A stretch of 63,943 bases of DNA, the filler included, from Phoronis australis (lineage: Eukaryota > Animalia > Phoronida), in assembly GCA_002633005.1 (NCBI GenBank). It is 11 parts of 11 records of this genome, joined end to end, with 100 filler letters (N's around TTAATTAATTAA, not from the genome) between each part and the next. Parts side by side here need not be neighbours in the genome. Positions count along the whole stretch, not along the records: positions 49,816 to 54,893 come from NMRA01001758.1; positions 54,994 to 62,582 come from NMRA01001605.1; positions 62,683 to 63,943 come from NMRA01000552.1; 8 more parts are not named here. One strand, 5' to 3'. The position numbers were made by a program, and so were the translations under genes. The notes beneath the pieces are model-generated. The model was not told the DNA's origin, ran no database searches, and worked only from the letters and a program-made list of their open reading frames with translations. Shown in pieces: positions 49,716-62,945 of the stretch; the first letter of the stretch is position 1; every line of letters begins with the position of its first letter.

Positions 49716-50412
49716 NNNNNNNNNNNNNNNNNNNNNNNNNNNNNNNNNNNNNNNNNNNNTTAATTAATTAANNNNNNNNNNNNNNNNNNNNNNNNNNNNN
49801 NNNNNNNNNNNNNNNCATACTCCGGATTCTACATTCGAAGACCGCTTTTGTGATGAAGAAACTCCCAACAGAAGAAGTTTATGACATGTCAATAAATATA
49901 ACTTTTATTTGCCCTGAATATGTACAACTATTTACGCAATCTTTACTACATAAAGACAATTGAATAAACTCATAAAATTAACTAAACTTTAAACAAATGA
50001 TCAGAATTGGTTTCCTTTCATTATGTATTTATGGAATTTGATATCTGTAAACCGAATTTTAGAACAAATTTTGCTGCGATGTTGTCATCGTCTAATGGGA
50101 GATGTTGAAAAACTTCTGAAAGTGGCGCGTGTCACGAATATACTACTTTCAAAACGACGACTTACATTCTTCGTTACCAATGCAGAGAATTACGCACGAA
50201 AATGACGTCGGATATTTTTCGCTTAAACGGCAGTAACGGGGAAGGTGAATGTTAATTGATTTTGCATGCAACCCCGCCGGTTATTAGTTCATGTTGATGC
50301 AAGCTTCACGACGAGGTGATGAGCGTAACTATTCGGGCTGCGTGCAATTTCGATGTATGTCAGTGCTCACTACACAGTGGCATCTTGTTGTATTTTGACT
50401 ATAGTCTTCTTA

Positions 50413-50652
50413 GAGCTAGCTGGCTACATAGGAAGGTTCGAGCTTCGAAACAATATTTTACTCCGATAGTGACAACAAATTCAGAATAATGATGGATCAT
50501 GGATGAAAATATAAGCGATCGCATTCTTCCGTNGAGCTAGCTGGCTAGATAGGAAGGTTCGAGCTTCGAAACAATTTTTTACTCCGAAAGTGACAACAAA
50601 TTCAGAATATTGATGGATCATGGATGAAAATATAAGCGATCGCATTCTTCCG
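50413..50652. repeat. About 120-bp tandem duplication joined at an N, possibly an assembly artefact
   Basis: gagctagctggcta...cattcttccgt occurs twice with 'n' at the junction. Confidence 0.8.
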
Positions 50653-51283
50653 TTTTCACGCGCCCATGATCTTAATCTCCGAGTCAGCGCTATGTTAAAA
50701 CCATTGTTTATGTTGTTCTTAAAATAAACTTTTGTTCTAATGCTGTACTAACACATTAAGAAATTATACAAAAATAAACAAATTTATCTGTGGTAAAGCG
50801 CATTATACAGCGTGATGAAGTGGTGATCAAGAGCAATAACAGATGAGCGCGAATAAGTGCTGCTTGTTAAGCATTCCGCGGCATGATAGCACTTGAGGTC
50901 GTAAAACAGCCAGCGTTGTATTCTGAAATTTGGCAATTTTACTGTAAAATTTCAAATTTCTTTCTTGTTTTTATGCATAATATTCTGTATAAAAAGTATC
51001 ATACTAAGAGACAGAAATTATGCTTCCGCGGTATCACTTAACGTTTAATTTTATCACGCCGTCAGTAATTCAACATAAAATTTACGTTGGTGTAATGTCA
51101 CATATTTGTAGGTTGAGTCGATTTTAACACCCTTCAATAGTTGAACATAAGTTGATAAACCGATGTCAAGACTGGAGTTGCCGCTGCTGAACGAACAGCG
51201 AACTGTTCAATGTTTGTTTGGCCAAAGTTCACCCGCTAAGTCATAAAATGGTAATTGCCGACCAAGGACACGCTTAATCCGAA

Positions 51284-51460
51284 TTGGTCGTCTACGCTAG
51301 GCGACCATTTAGCCGACCCAAGTGCCGACCACAGAGGCGACTCAGCAGACGGCTCCTAGCCGACCGTTGTTGGTCGGCTGCTGGTCGGCTAGNACGACCG
51401 GTCGACGGCCGGTCGTCGACCAATTTCCGACCGGTCGGCCAAAAATTCGTGATGTGTGCT
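51284..51460. repeat. CCGACC/GGTCGG-rich imperfect palindrome, probably a MITE end
   Basis: Many ccgacc and ggtcgg hexamers in opposing orientation. Confidence 0.5.
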
Positions 51461-52204
51461 GTACGGTGGGTAGGCGCTACATTAAAAAAAACTAAAAGGT
51501 GTTTGGCTGCGCCCACGTGCGCCTTCCCCCTACTACAATACCGTCAGTTCGAGTACCTATATTAAGATTTCAAAACTGTATTTTCAATCCTCGCATACAT
51601 TTGTTACTATGCAGACATTGGCCAGTTGTACAGTTTTGGTGAGGTACCCTAGATCTATAGCCCGATGCATTATAAATAAGGGTAAGTGCCTATACTTTTT
51701 ATGGATTTATTTTGTAGAGCTAAGATCAATCTAAACAATGGTTGTAGTTTTGTTTTTTTAAATTTGGCTTCAGCTAAGATATTGTGGCAGGAATTAGCGC
51801 AATTTTCATCATTTCAAAATCACCACAAACTAGCTAAACATATAGCCCTCGAAAACAACTAAGATGTAACTGAATCTGTGATATTTCCTATGGCTAGCAA
51901 TTTGAAAGACACCTCAATTCAGTGATAAAATTGTAGTGTTTCATTTCGCACTCTCATACTCAAGGTAAGTGCCAAAATGTAGCTGTAGCAAGGCTTGGAA
52001 TTGGCAGAAAAATAACACGTTCCCATAGCAACCACAATGAAGCCCATGCAAACATTAATGTGGATATGAAGGTTGGGGCATCAACCCCTACCATCATGCA
52101 AACAATCGAGGAAATCCGTTGAATAGCCTTTATCAGTTTTTGCCTATTCCATTCGTGGACGTGCTCCTAAGTAAGAGAGAAAAAAATCTTGAAAATGACA
52201 CCAG

Positions 52205-54893
52205 TTAGATATTAGACAAATAATATTTAACCATACATGTAGTTAGGTGCATATTCGACGGTACAGTTAACACAGGAGTCGGGGCTTCGACAGGTTCGTG
52301 ATACGCACGAAGGTCGTGTCTGTCGCGACAAAGTAAGTCCTGACCGCACTCAACTGAATAAGACCTATTGGTCAGCTGCTTATGTACTTTCTCATCTTTC
52401 CATTGTGTGCGGTGAGAGTTAAAGTCCCTAACTAGGACTGGTGTTCCTTCCTTAATGGGTTCAAGAGGCCTAGTGTTCTTGTTGTAAGACGTAGCTACTT
52501 GTTTTCTCCGCTTCTCTTTTTCTACTCTGTTTCTTAGAGAACGGCCATCTATTTTCAACATTGACGGCAACGGTGTTCTCGTGGATCTGCCCAACAACCG
52601 CTCTATGGGGCTCGTTGACAAGGTAGCTATAGAAGTATTACGGTATTCTAGTAAGGCTAACAGGGGATCATTAAATCTCTTCGGTAATCTTTTCGCAATT
52701 TTGACCGCCAATTCTGCTTTTCCATTAGAGCGGTGGTGGTGCGGTGACGACGAATTGTGATGAAAGTTCCACGCTTTGCTGAAATCAGCAAACTCTCTGG
52801 ACGTCTATTGGGCTGCATTGTCGCTTTGCAGGGAATGTGGAACTCCTAGACCCACAAACACACGTTTCAGCGTGTTCACTGTGGTACTCGAAGTAAGATC
52901 TTCCAGCTTTTCCAACTCTACATAATCTGAAAGATAGTCCACTATCACCAAGTAATCAACACCCGCATGTGCTATAAGATCGACCCCAGCTTTAATCCAT
53001 GGCTGATCCGGGATCGAGTGTTGGAGCAGCTGAGTAACTCATCTGCGGAGTTGCGTGGAGCGTCTCTTTGACACGAGCCACATTATTCGATGATGCGATG
53101 TATGTCTTTAGTTACACCGGGCCAAAAGATTGATCGTCGAGCTCGACGCAGTGTTGAAGCTAGCCCTTGATGGCTGGCGTGTAGCAGACTCAACATGTGA
53201 TCTAAAGCCAGTTCTAAACGAACTGACCAGAATGGTGCCAAGTCATCAGTGCACTCCCGCCAATTCGAGGCGATGCTTTGGCATAAGTTTTGAAGTTCTT
53301 CCTCGTCCATTGTATGTTTGCGCGCCAACTCTAACATCGGATCTACAGGCGGCGGATCAGCAGTGATTGTGGCTTTTTCAATGAAGGAAAAACATGGCCG
53401 CAATCCATGTCTATCGCCGTTTCGGGAAGGGGATTTCTCGATAACATGTCGGCCGTTATTTGTTCTGCCCCTGGTCGCCATTCGATTTTGAAGGCATATG
53501 CTTGAAGTGTCAGGATCATAGCTTGCAAGCGTCTCGGTGCCAGTAACAGTGATCTGTTGAGTATGGACACCAACGGCCGATGATCTGTTTGAACTATGAG
53601 GTCCGCGTGCCCAAACAGAAACTGGTCAAACTTTCTTGTTACAAAAACAATTGCTAGACACTCAAGCTCAATCGGGGCACATCTTTTTTCTGCGTCAGTC
53701 ATCGAACGAGATGTATAAGCTATGGGTCATCCTTCTTATATAAGAACTGCCCCCAGGCAAGCTGCGGATGCATCTGTCTGAATGACTGTTGTTTTCTGAC
53801 TGTCATAATACTCCAGCACCTTGTCGATACTAATTTCGTTTACCAACTTTTCATACGCTTGTTGCTGGTCAGTTCCCCACACAAAACTACCTTTCGGAGC
53901 TTGTAGAACACGACGGAGTGGTTCGCACTCTGCCGATAAGTTAGGAATGAACTTAGACATGTAATTAACATGTCCCAGGAATTGGCGTACTTGTTCAACA
54001 TCTTTGGGTAGGGGCATTTCACGAATGGTCTTGACTTTCTCCGGATCCGGCTTGACGCCCTTTATGGTCAATGCATGCCCAATATAGGGGAGTTCTTCCT
54101 TTAAGAAGACACATTTCCTTCTGTTAAGTTAAAGACCAGACTCTCGAGCGCGCATAGCAGTAGCTTTAAATTTTGATCATCGTCCGCACCTTCACAACCA
54201 TCAATGAGTATGTCGTCTGCAACGACCGTTGCCCAATTTAAGCCATGTAGAACCTGGGTAAGTCTCCTCTGAAATTCCTCTGGGGACGTCGAAAGACCGA
54301 AAGACATTTGCAGCCACTTGTACCGCCCTCCTGGTCCCCACAATGTGGTAAGCTCCGCTGACCTGTCACTAAGGCGTACTTGCAAAAATCCGTCGCGAGT
54401 ATCACCTAGAGAAAAATGTTTCGCTCCTGCGAGTTAAGGCAAAACATCTTCGATACAGGGCATAGTGAAATGGTTGCGTTTTACAGCTGAATTCAGACTT
54501 TTGGGGTCTAGGCACAAACGTATCTGACCGTTTGCTTTTCAGACCTGTTTGGCGTGACTGATCCATTCGGTAGGATGGTTTACCTTAGCTATAATGCCGC
54601 GCTCCTCCAACTCGTCGAGTTGTTTTGCTCGTCGGCTTTCATAGACAAAGGAATTTTGCGAGGTTTCACCTAGACCGGTCGTACCTGCTCATCTAATTCT
54701 ATGTGGTATTCCCCAGGAAGCGTCCCGAGGCCGGTAAACAAGTCTGAGAATTCTTCCAAAAGGTATCCAAAACTTCCTGAATTGACTGACGCTTTCGCTC
54801 ACTGTGATGATACCATAGTGAAATGTTAATCAGGTAGGCTTCCTCATCGGAGGACGAAGAAAAATTTTCTGTGTCTGACTGGAGAAAATGATT
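52205..54893 (-). mobile_element. Ty3/Gypsy LTR-retrotransposon pol relic (RT-RNaseH-integrase), multiply disrupted
   Basis: FGLSTSPEEFQ..VADDILI (RT); QTDASA..LGAVL, ELECLAI, TDHRPL (RNase H); HQG..RAR..FWPG, VDYLSDY, ALLEYRNT..SP (integrase); stops and frameshifts; no LTR identified. Confidence 0.93.
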
Positions 54894-55406
54894 NNNNNNN
54901 NNNNNNNNNNNNNNNNNNNNNNNNNNNNNNNNNNNNNTTAATTAATTAANNNNNNNNNNNNNNNNNNNNNNNNNNNNNNNNNNNNNNNNNNNNGTCAATT
55001 AAATCTCATTCGAGGAGTCAAGATGCAGGAACTAACCGCCTAATGATATGATAATGTATGAGTGGTCTCACTTTTATATGGTTCGTAGGACTGAACTCGA
55101 GTTGAGTATCAATTCCTGTCCCATTTGAAAGTCCAGTGTACTTTTCCATATCGATCTGTGTGTTCAAGTCAGAACTTGCGTTGTAAGAATGTAGCTGGTG
55201 TTGGTAATTTTGGGAATATCAAGGTCCACTCTTTGTCCCCGAACACTAGGTGGAGTTGTAGTAGGACATGCTCCCTGCTGTTTTGTTGCTTTAAGTCAAT
55301 GTTCTAAAAAACAAGAAATTGATCCAGAGGGTTAAATTTGCCTGCTATGTTATAGAGTTGTTGAACTTTGAAAATTGTGGATCCCACTTACTGAATATGT
55401 TTGCAG

Positions 55407-55548
55407 GTTTTGCACCAGCATCGTCGCACAAGATTCCAACAGTCATATTTGGCACGGTCGCAACTTGGATTATGGTTCTGGCGTTCAAAACTTCACAGCC
55501 TTGTTGAGGAAGCAAGCCGTTACAATTCACGTGCAAAGTAATAACAAA
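55407..55548 (+). CDS. NAAA: N-acylethanolamine acid amidase / acid ceramidase-like exon with the catalytic Cys
   Basis: [22 protein letters not shown] matches NAAA [22 protein letters not shown]; ttgcag/gtaaga. Confidence 0.85.
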
Positions 55549-55617
55549 GTAAGAGACCTCCCTTAATGTTGTGTAGGATTCTGCCAACAAGTATGTGTAT
55601 TTATCTAAGTATCCATC

Positions 55618-56203
55618 AAACTATAGATTTTAACCAAGTGCAAATGTATATTTCAGAACGTAAAAAACCTGTAGAATTTCGTTTTTTATCAATCTTCTAT
55701 AAGTTCGATCACAACTCGTGTGACCATATCTTTTTAGTAAAATTTAGCAGAAGGGAATGGCTCACAGCTGATAACGACGGTATTGATAACGTGACCAAAT
55801 TTCATTTGACATAAACTTTCAACGTGAAATCTTAAAAAGTCTGTCTCAGTTTCATAAAGAATCATTTCGTTTTCATTTTTGGCTACACAATTTTCACAAT
55901 GAAAAGTTCCGATAATTTGTGCTTCAGGGGTTTGTAAACTGTCGTAGTTTTGTGGATTATGATATTTTGCGTATTTGCCAGTGACAAACCATAGATTTTA
56001 ACCAAGTGCAAATGTATATTTCAGAACGTAAAAAAACTGTAGAATTTCGTTTTTTATCAATCTTCTATAAGTTAGATCACGACTCGTGTGACCATATCTT
56101 TTTAGTAAAATTTAGCAGAAGGGAATGGCTCACAGCATAGCGACGGTATTGATAACGTGACCAAATTTCATTTGACATAAATGTTCAACATGAAATCTTA
56201 AAA
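55618..56203. repeat. About 215-bp direct duplication
   Basis: atagattttaaccaagtgc...gaaatcttaaaaa at about 55618-55838 and 55987-56203. Confidence 0.93.
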
Positions 56204-56671
56204 ATATAATTTGTGCTTCAGTAAGGCACTTGTACTGTCCCTTCGGTCGCCCAACATCCTCTATAACCCGGCAGTTATATTCATCAAAATATTGAGAATT
56301 TGACATCTTTCCGTGAGTTGTGAGATTTGTTCAAAGTACGAGAGCTTCCCACCTTAATAGAATTTGGAGGGTTGGCAAAACCATTGTCACATTTCTCTGG
56401 CCTGATTTTTTCGAATATATGTTTTATCTAGTGCACTGCAGACGGAAACCCAGTGCGGCAGACAAAGTCGCTGAAAGCGGAGGTTTTGACGCCGGCGGCG
56501 TTCTTAAACTTTGCAAACAAGGGAAGAAAATAAAGTTACAAAAAGGTTCAAGTATTTTGAAGTGAGTTCATGACCCAAGACAATAACTCTTTACCTGTAT
56601 TGTGATTCAGATTGCTAAACCACCGTCTCGGAGTCCCAGCGTCGTTTCACTCATTGTGATCATCGATCTTT

Positions 56672-56893
56672 TTCTAAAAGTCGGGGAATCGCGCATTTCC
56701 TTAGCACTAGGCGCTAAATCTTCATTCTTTAAAAGTCGGGATGGGCGCTTAACCGAGAGGTGGGCGCTTAACTGGAAATCTTCAAAAATCGCAGGGGGCG
56801 CTTAACCGAGCAGTGGGCGGTTAAATCGGAAATCCACTTAAAGTCGGGGATGGGCGGTTAACTGAGCATGGGCGATAATCCGAATGATTACGG
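56672..56893 (+). mobile_element. Tc1/pogo-type MITE right end with GGGCG(C/G)TTAA subterminal repeats
   Basis: Repeated gggcgcttaa motifs ending cgaatgattacgg|ta. Confidence 0.55.
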
Positions 56894-57442
56894 TATTCTA
56901 CACTTACACATGTGCCATGATCCAAACTCAAAACCGTGGAGCAGACTTGTATACGTGTTATTTTTCAAATCTAAGGGTGATCCTAGATTGAACTCTCATC
57001 TGTTGCACAGATAGAAGACTGCATTGCATGACTGAACTATTGTATATTTCAAAATGGCACGAGTTCCGCAATTAAATTATAATGGACTAATATCCAACAA
57101 TGATATTTCCAGCATAGATTTATTGTTGTTAGCATTGCATCTCAAAATGCAATAGCACAAGTTGGCCTACATTTACAATAACCGTAGTTGCTTGTGCATT
57201 TGTGAGTGAAGAAGCAAGATGAGTGTCCAATTCATGCATTGCATTGTGGGTAAATACCTTAGAATAAGAGTGGTGCTGTGCTGTTTCGGGATGGGCCTAA
57301 TTTGTTGGTTCTGACCTACACCCTAGAAGTCATACATAGATATAACCTGATTGAATTCTTTTTCATTTTGTATAGGAACATTTTGTAATAATTTTAACTC
57401 GTCTAACCTGAATTGTAGGTTGAAAATTTAAACATTTCCCAG

Positions 57443-57613
57443 CCCGGTGGTGGAGCCATACCCAAGCGACCTCCAGTGACAGGACGTGGAGACGCCCCCT
57501 CTCCAACAGTAGGAGCAGCAGCAGCAGCAACTGCGGTAGATAATGGCGGGTGGGAAGAAGCTCAAGCTACTAGTTCCTGCTGTTTAAAAGAGGCTGTGAA
57601 AAAAGACATTAAG
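57443..57613 (+). CDS. Candidate low-complexity exon, possibly the DDX19/25 N-terminus
   Basis: tttcccag acceptor, open 57 codons PGGGAIPKRPP..AAAAA..GWEEAQ..DIK|gt; no recognisable motif; its phase does not join the next exon directly. Confidence 0.4.
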
Positions 57614-58269
57614 GTGTTTACTGGCTTCCATGAAGCTTGTGTCTGGGCTCTCTCACTACGATATTTCTTCTTTTTTGTCTGGGGTAATAGTGTTTTTTTT
57701 TCAGAAAAATAGAAGCTTCTGTGTAGTTTTAATGGCCAATAGTCTGACATAACATGCGTATATTTTGACAATCTGTTTGATGCATGTTATTCAGTGGAGA
57801 AAACTGGTTCTCAAAATTCAGACTATTACGTTTTAATGAACAGTAAGTTCAGGTGTTGTGGGTATTGTGGTCTGCATTCGTGATGGACTTGTCTTTGTCG
57901 CTTGTTAGTTTTGGGCTTTTAAAAAAGTGCTAACATCGTGGATAAATACCAACTGCAAAACACGACATTGGGTGGAAAATAATAATAATTCTCAGGTGCG
58001 CTATCATACGCAGCTCTGGAATTTAATAACGTGTTACTTTCTCTGATGGCAATCTTTCGGCTGGTCATCTGGAAATGGCAGATTTAATATTCAGTGCCTG
58101 CTGAAATTCTAATTTGAAGGTAACTCTGTATTTGGTAACTTTGTCAAGTTAACGTAATGTTACTTGTCTGTTCCACTGCTTGATGGGTACTGTAGAATAT
58201 TTTCAGGTAATGAAATAACCCCTTGTTAAGAATGACAGTCACAAACACATTTAAGTGTAAGAAGGCATA

Positions 58270-59772
58270 CCGTATTCACCGTAATAACCGCCCAGGGCGC
58301 TTAGAAAAGTTCGTTTCAGGGGAGCGCTTATTATAACCCAAGGCCGTTGAAACCCGGTCTCCGAAACGGGTGAAATCGGAAGCTATGATTCATCATATTT
58401 ACGCTCTGTGGCGCATCTGTAATCTATTTAGGACTTCCTACAAAACCGTGGTGCATTGCTATCAAACTTTGCTGCTAAATTACAATCATTTTACAGAAAA
58501 TTGTCCTGAAATCCCAGGGTGAAAACTCGCCGACTGTATGCCTCGCAATCGTCGATGTGGCGATTTGAATGCTTGAATAAAAATACAGTTTCGACTCGAG
58601 CAAATTACCTGAAATCCTCCTTGAGTTTTCCAAGTAGCATCCCTAAGATTTTTAAGTTCCCGTGGAGTCGGGATCACGGCAGGTTTAAGTACAAATCTGT
58701 GCTACATCATGCCATCTACATGTATGATCGGCAACATGAGAAAAATGTCTGGACGAATACACATGTTGTTGTCACGTGACGTTTGTTTTGAAGTTGTCTG
58801 CGTTTGTGAGTAAGCGAGCGCGTGCATGTCACCAGAGTTCATTTGCCAGAGCAGAATCCGTCTTTTAGCCAGAGCCACGCAATCAAACGATCTAGATGTG
58901 CATTGTATCTAAAGAAATTTGCACAAGCAGTAGGCCTAAACCAGAGCGTGTTTCATTCAGCACTTGCCGGTCTCATGTGCTAAAAACGTTCGACATTTGT
59001 CTCGGTAAGACCATAGTAGTAGCTGTGTGGCTGGAGGTGTACGTGACTATCTGACAGTTATTTTTCGGTGTAAGGGTGTGTAAGCATTCACTGTCAGTGG
59101 TCATTTTGTTGGATATTTGGCTTAAAAACACCAATTATGGTTAATCAAACAATTCATCTTAAAAATAACGCAAACATTTTTTATAGTATGAGAAACTGTC
59201 GGAAATTAGTGCCAATATTCATTTCTTGCCGATGCTGTGCTACCTGTTTCATGACTGGATAGTTCCCGACTAATGTCTTTGATGACAGGTTCATGTATGT
59301 AGCTCGCGCTTCCTGGCCACGTGCTTTTAACACTGGCCAGTCTTCGATTCGCGGTTTTCACGTGTAAGCCTACAAAGAAATTTGGATTCCTGTTGAAATC
59401 AGGAAATATCTACAAAGCAATCCCGTAGACAAGTACACTACTTCTGTTCTGAAAGGCCAGACCATTGGTCTTCGCAATATCGGCAGAACTTTTGTGTTCG
59501 TTTTGAGGCATGGCGGAAGTTTGAAGTGTATAGTCACGGCTGAATACCGACATAGCGGCGAGGCTCGTGGTCTACAAATTCTGCGCACAATGATTTTTTT
59601 CAGGGCTGTCGGATATTATTGATAAATTGAAGACCTAACTGTAGAATTTTAGGACTTAGGTAAGGCATATTTTGCAGGTACACGTTCATGGACTGGGCGC
59701 TTATTTTAGCAAAGTCTGAAAATGTGGGGGGGGCGCTTATAGGGGCATGTGCAGTTATTACGGCGAATACGG
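58270..59772 (+). mobile_element. 1.5-kb non-autonomous Tc1/pogo(Tigger)-type element
   Basis: TIR ccgtattcaccgtaataac / gttattacggcgaatacgg (18/19); TA on the left, TT on the right. Confidence 0.78.
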
Positions 59773-59963
59773 TTGTATTGTATTCTAAGTATAAAGAGTG
59801 TCAAAACTTTTTGTCTTACATGTCTGTAGAATAGAGTACAATGAATTGCACTGGTTGTTAGACCTACGTTTATTATCTTGTTCCAGTCGTATGTTTCGCC
59901 AATGGGAATTGAATGCTTCTTCAACTTTCGGTTTGCTAGAATATTTTATCTGCTTTGAGCTTA

Positions 59964-60038
59964 TCATTGTTTTCTCTGTCTCAGTGCTTCATTGTTTTCT
60001 CTGTCTCAGCGCTTCATTGTTTTTTCTGTCTCAGCGCT
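59964..60038 (+). repeat. 25-bp tandem triplication of the DDX19 3' splice site
   Basis: tcattgtttt(c/t)tctgtctcag(t/c)gct three times; AG ends at 59984, 60009 and 60034. Confidence 0.92.
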
Positions 60039-60173
60039 CTCGCCCGAAGAGATTTCGTTGCTGCAGAAGGCACTGCACAAGAAACTGGTGACAACCAAAG
60101 CAGATCTTGAGGTGTTACAAAAGGACCCCAACTCACCGCTCTATTCTGTCAAGAGCTTTGAGAAACTCAGTCT
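60035..60173 (+). CDS. DDX19: DEAD-box helicase DDX19/DDX25 (Dbp5) exon
   Basis: LSPEEISLLQKALHKKLVTTKADLEVLQKDPNSPLYSVKSFEKLSL contains the DPNSPLYSVKSFE signature. Confidence 0.92.
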
Positions 60174-61012
60174 GTAAGTGGCCCTGTATTACAGCTGGTG
60201 CCTAGTTACGTTTATGTTTGAGAACGTTCAGTAGCTTAGTGATTAAAGCGTGACGTGCATGTCCATGAGTTTGTGGAGACATTGATGCTTGCCTGGTTAA
60301 AGATGGACAAAAATAATTCTCAAAATGCCTTTTGATTTTTCAAGGGCTTCCAGATTTCTACCAGTCACCATCGGACAAAAGTTCTGAAAAATTGTGGGCA
60401 TTCAAGATAACGATAGTAGATTAAGAAGTATTTAATTTGCTGCTGCAACTATTTCAATGGAATGATAATAAATTTCTGGCTGTATTGTGTTCGAATTTAG
60501 TGAGATTTTATCGTACCTAAAACATAGGGTGTTTAACAATCTATGGTAAAATCTCATAATTTCAGAAAAATGTGATTCCCAAAATTGGTCTGTTTTAGCT
60601 TTTCAAACAGTTTCAACATTTATAGACTTGCTGTGAATTCCCAAAATTCCACAAAATATTGTCCATTGGTAGCTATGGAATCGAGCTCAAATGTATGTGG
60701 TGGAGCTGTCCATCATTTGCAGTGAAAAAGGAGAAAATAATATTTTGATTGTCCGCCATATTGCATCCCAGAGTGGCGAGATTTTACCCTAGTTTCTTTT
60801 CTCTTCTTTATGAGTACACGCCCATTGCCGCAGCAGTTGCTTCGTATCTCACAAAAGAAATGTGTGGCATCAGTTTGTCTTATTGAATAGTTATACATAC
60901 TGCAGTCACTAGGTTGCCTTGGTTACTGTCAATTTTCATCAGTTTTATGGTCTTTGTGATGAAACCGTACTTGATATAATTTTTGTATCAATGATGATGT
61001 ACCAGCATGTCC

Positions 61013-62047
61013 CCCTTTCAACACTGCAGACCGCTTAAGCGGTCTCTGAAACTTACATCCATTCAACACCGTGGACCGCTTTATCGGTGTAATGACGTGC
61101 CAAACTTCAAGCAACAACATATTTGATTGGTTGATTAGGGGAATTCTTTTGTGTACATCACAAATTTAAATATAGACTTACCTTCATTTCTAACAGCTTT
61201 TCTGATTCGTTGCTGAGATGTAACGTGAGTTATTGAAGGGGTTTTCCAAGAATTTAGATCGACAAAATGTCTGCTGACGGCGATTCAGACGTAGACCTTT
61301 CAAATGATGAAATTGGAAATAATTTGTATGCTTTCTACTTAATTAATGTATAAGATAACCCAAAAAGGAATTCTTATGTGTCTGGCCAGAGTTTGTTGAC
61401 TATTACGACAAAGAAGTTGAATTTCATGGCTTTGAAGCGGAGGAAAACAGTTTAACAGTTCGCGAATTTCGCAATTGGATCAAACAAACGCCGTTGAACT
61501 CCGACAACTTCGCAAATTTTCTGAACATGTGGAGTCTTCTAGAGTGTACCATGGTTCTGATAAGCAAGTTGAGTACTTTCAAAATTTCTATATCGATGAA
61601 ATATTGGGTGAAATTGTCAGGGTAATTAATTTGAACGCCCAAACGAAGCACGAGTCACAACCACAAGTGGACAAATTTGAATCGTTGTGATGTGAAATAT
61701 GATCGAAAATGTATCTTAAGAAATGGTACTGAAGAATATTGACGACACTGTTACTCGTGAATCATTTTTATTCAGTTAAACGATACATTAAATTGGCAAA
61801 CAAACGCCGGTGTTTCAGGTGTTACTTACCTGCATTACCTGAGAGAGGGAGAGACTTTTTAATTTTGGTGAAATTGTAGGTAAAGTTCATTCTGTTCTCT
61901 ACATTTTGGTGTGTCACACTTTGAAATTCAATGGTAAAGGGATTGTCTATGGAATTTTGAAAACAAGCACCTCAGTTCAGCCCCTGTATGCAAAGTTACT
62001 TGGGGTTCAGGGACACAATGGCCGGCAGTTACTTGGAGGTGAAAGAG
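61013..62047 (+). mobile_element. piggyBac-derived internal-deletion relic
   Basis: Right end gtgaaagag|ttaa, left end ccctttca; acidic N-terminal stub and EYFQNFYIDEILGEIVRVINLNA, similar to the PGBD transposase N-terminal motif. Confidence 0.62.
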
Positions 62048-62113
62048 TTAACTCTAATTGAGATCTCTGCTTTGTGCACTTGATATTCCAAATGTTTGTG
62101 GTATTCTTTGCAG

Positions 62114-62206
62114 GAAAAGGGAACTTTTAGACGGTATTTATGACATGGGCTTTAATGCACCTTCAAAGATCCAGGAAACAGCTTTACCAGCTTTACTAGC
62201 CGATCC
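62114..62206 (+). CDS. DDX19: DDX19/25 exon (Q motif)
   Basis: KRELLDGIYDMGFNAPSKIQETALPALLADP; phase 2 joins the previous exon. Confidence 0.93.
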
Positions 62207-62682
62207 GTAAGTACGAGGCATTTACCTGCCATTGAGTCAAGGTTTTTTGACGGCCAGAAGAGCATATGGTAGTTCGTGTTTGTGGACACTTTCAATGAGG
62301 AATTATTCTAAAACTTTTAGAATATGTTGTCTGATGTAAACATTGTCCAGTGCAGATTCGTGAGCTCTTTTTTTACAGACATGTTTTTGTTAAAGACGCG
62401 AGTAGGACTTCCGTAGCAAGAAACATTTCTTTGTTGTGTATCATATCACGGTCTATATTTACCTTTGTGGCTTTTACCATAATTTAGAAAGGAACCTCCT
62501 TGTGATGGGACGTTCGTAACTTTACGCTTATTGTTATTCTTATTTAGTTGCAAATGTTCAGTTATTCTTATGCTAATGTCTTNNNNNNNNNNNNNNNNNN
62601 NNNNNNNNNNNNNNNNNNNNNNNNNNTTAATTAATTAANNNNNNNNNNNNNNNNNNNNNNNNNNNNNNNNNNNNNNNNNNNN

Positions 62683-62945
62683 GTTTGTTTGAGCCAATAC
62701 AGTATACAGCTTTCCACCAAGGCTAGGTGATGCAAGACATTATTCTTTGATGCATTATAGTAACTGGTCTTGGCTAATTATCATTTTATGGCCAAGTCAT
62801 CCATTCAGCCAAAAGTAGTTCCAGAGGTGGCTTATCAGCCAATTATTCACGCATGCTGACTCACAATAGAAGCCTGATAAGAGTAAAGGTGGATAAATGC
62901 AGTGTTCCTACAGTTTCTTGTTTTAGTGGATGTGTTCACGACATG
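62683..62945 (-). repeat. Dispersed repeat copy homologous to 23085-23268 joined to 25155-25218
   Basis: Reverse complement reads ..attagccaagaccagttactataatgcatcaaagaataatgtcttgcatcacctagccttggtggaaagc.. Confidence 0.85.
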
